A model generated the notes under the pieces. The model searched no databases. It was given only the letters and a program-made list of their open reading frames with translations, and was not told where the DNA came from. Below are positions 63,456 to 64,000 of a stretch of DNA of 64,000 bases, piece after piece (position 1 is the first letter of the stretch; the number at the start of each line of letters is the position of its first letter). The position numbers and the translations under genes are program-made. The DNA is taken from positions 1,189,933 to 1,253,932 of the forward strand of contig ML996692.1 in assembly GCA_010356995.1 (NCBI GenBank). The letters are read 5' to 3'. Origin of the DNA: Trichodelitschia bisporula (Eukaryota).

Positions 63456-64000
63456 TCACGAAGCCGGTGTTCCAGCTGCGATACCAGTAGGGCTATTGCT
63501 CATCGCCGCTGCTTCACCTCCAGATCCCAATCCCCCGAATAGCGCCCCGAAGCCACCTGCAAAGCTTCAGACTTCCGAGATCACCCAAATCGGAGGAACT
63601 GGATCTGGTCAAGACGTACCACCACTGCTGCTTCCTCCCAACAGCCCACCGATCCCTAAACAAAAGTTAGGATCGCTGTCGACGTACAGTGTGCGCGGAA
63701 GGCTCATTACCTCCACCTCCGCTCCCAAGCCCGCCCAGCAGCCCAGCTAATGCCCCGCTACTAGCTTCACCACGTTAAAACCGACTTCAGAGTCACATGG
63801 GAAAGCGTACCTCCGGTACTGCTTCCAAATCCACCCAGCAGTCCTCCAAGGCCGTTGAGGTTCCCGAGCGACGGTAGAGCACCTGGAGATACATCAACGT
63901 GCCGTCCCACCCAATTCGTCACCAGAAAGACGTACCCCCTCCCCCAAACAGCCCACCACCACTCGCCAGTCCCAAACCTATCCTGATCAGCCTCGAATAT
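63456..64000 (-). CDS. 3' part of a Gly/Leu-rich (GGLLGG repeat) protein split into micro-exons; continues beyond the window
   Basis: Five short exons separated by GT..AG introns splice in frame to GLGLASGGGLFGGG/GALPSLGNLNGLGGLLGGFGSSTG/ASSGALAGLLGGLGSGGG/GIGGLLGGSSSG/GGFGALFGGLG..PAS*. Confidence 0.65.

Overview
Gene-dense, GC-rich, intron-containing DNA from a filamentous ascomycete (Pezizomycotina, probably Dothideomycete-like; inferred from GT..CTRAY..YAG introns of about 45-60 nt and the gene content). About 23 genes could be reconstructed by hand-splicing. Housekeeping genes: Swi6/Cdc10-type APSES-ankyrin factor, LYR-like protein, AIF-like Rieske oxidoreductase, amino-acid permease, GNAT, RING-H2 ligase, phospholipase D, Hsp88/Sse1, Irc3-like helicase, Rrn5-like, GYF protein, Spc24, Fis1. 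Membrane/secreted genes: two PTH11-like proteins, a FAS1 protein, an AA9 LPMO and a cytochrome-less CDH-like flavoprotein. Best leads: (1) the stop codon of the CDH-like gene lies inside a GTAGGT donor, and splicing to a phase-matched downstream exon appends a GPI-anchor-like tail, suggesting a secreted/anchored isoform switch; (2) the AA9 LPMO has Phe in place of the axial Tyr; (3) a decaying tandem array of an orphan ~110-aa gene at 3.8-6.4 kb; (4) a degenerate DH-PH protein with a helical N-terminus; (5) a ubiquitin-like/CorA-like pseudogene; (6) a Gly/Leu-repeat gene built from symmetric phase-1 micro-exons. All calls come from motif recognition by eye; no database searches were run. An assembly gap (Ns) lies at 48056-48105.
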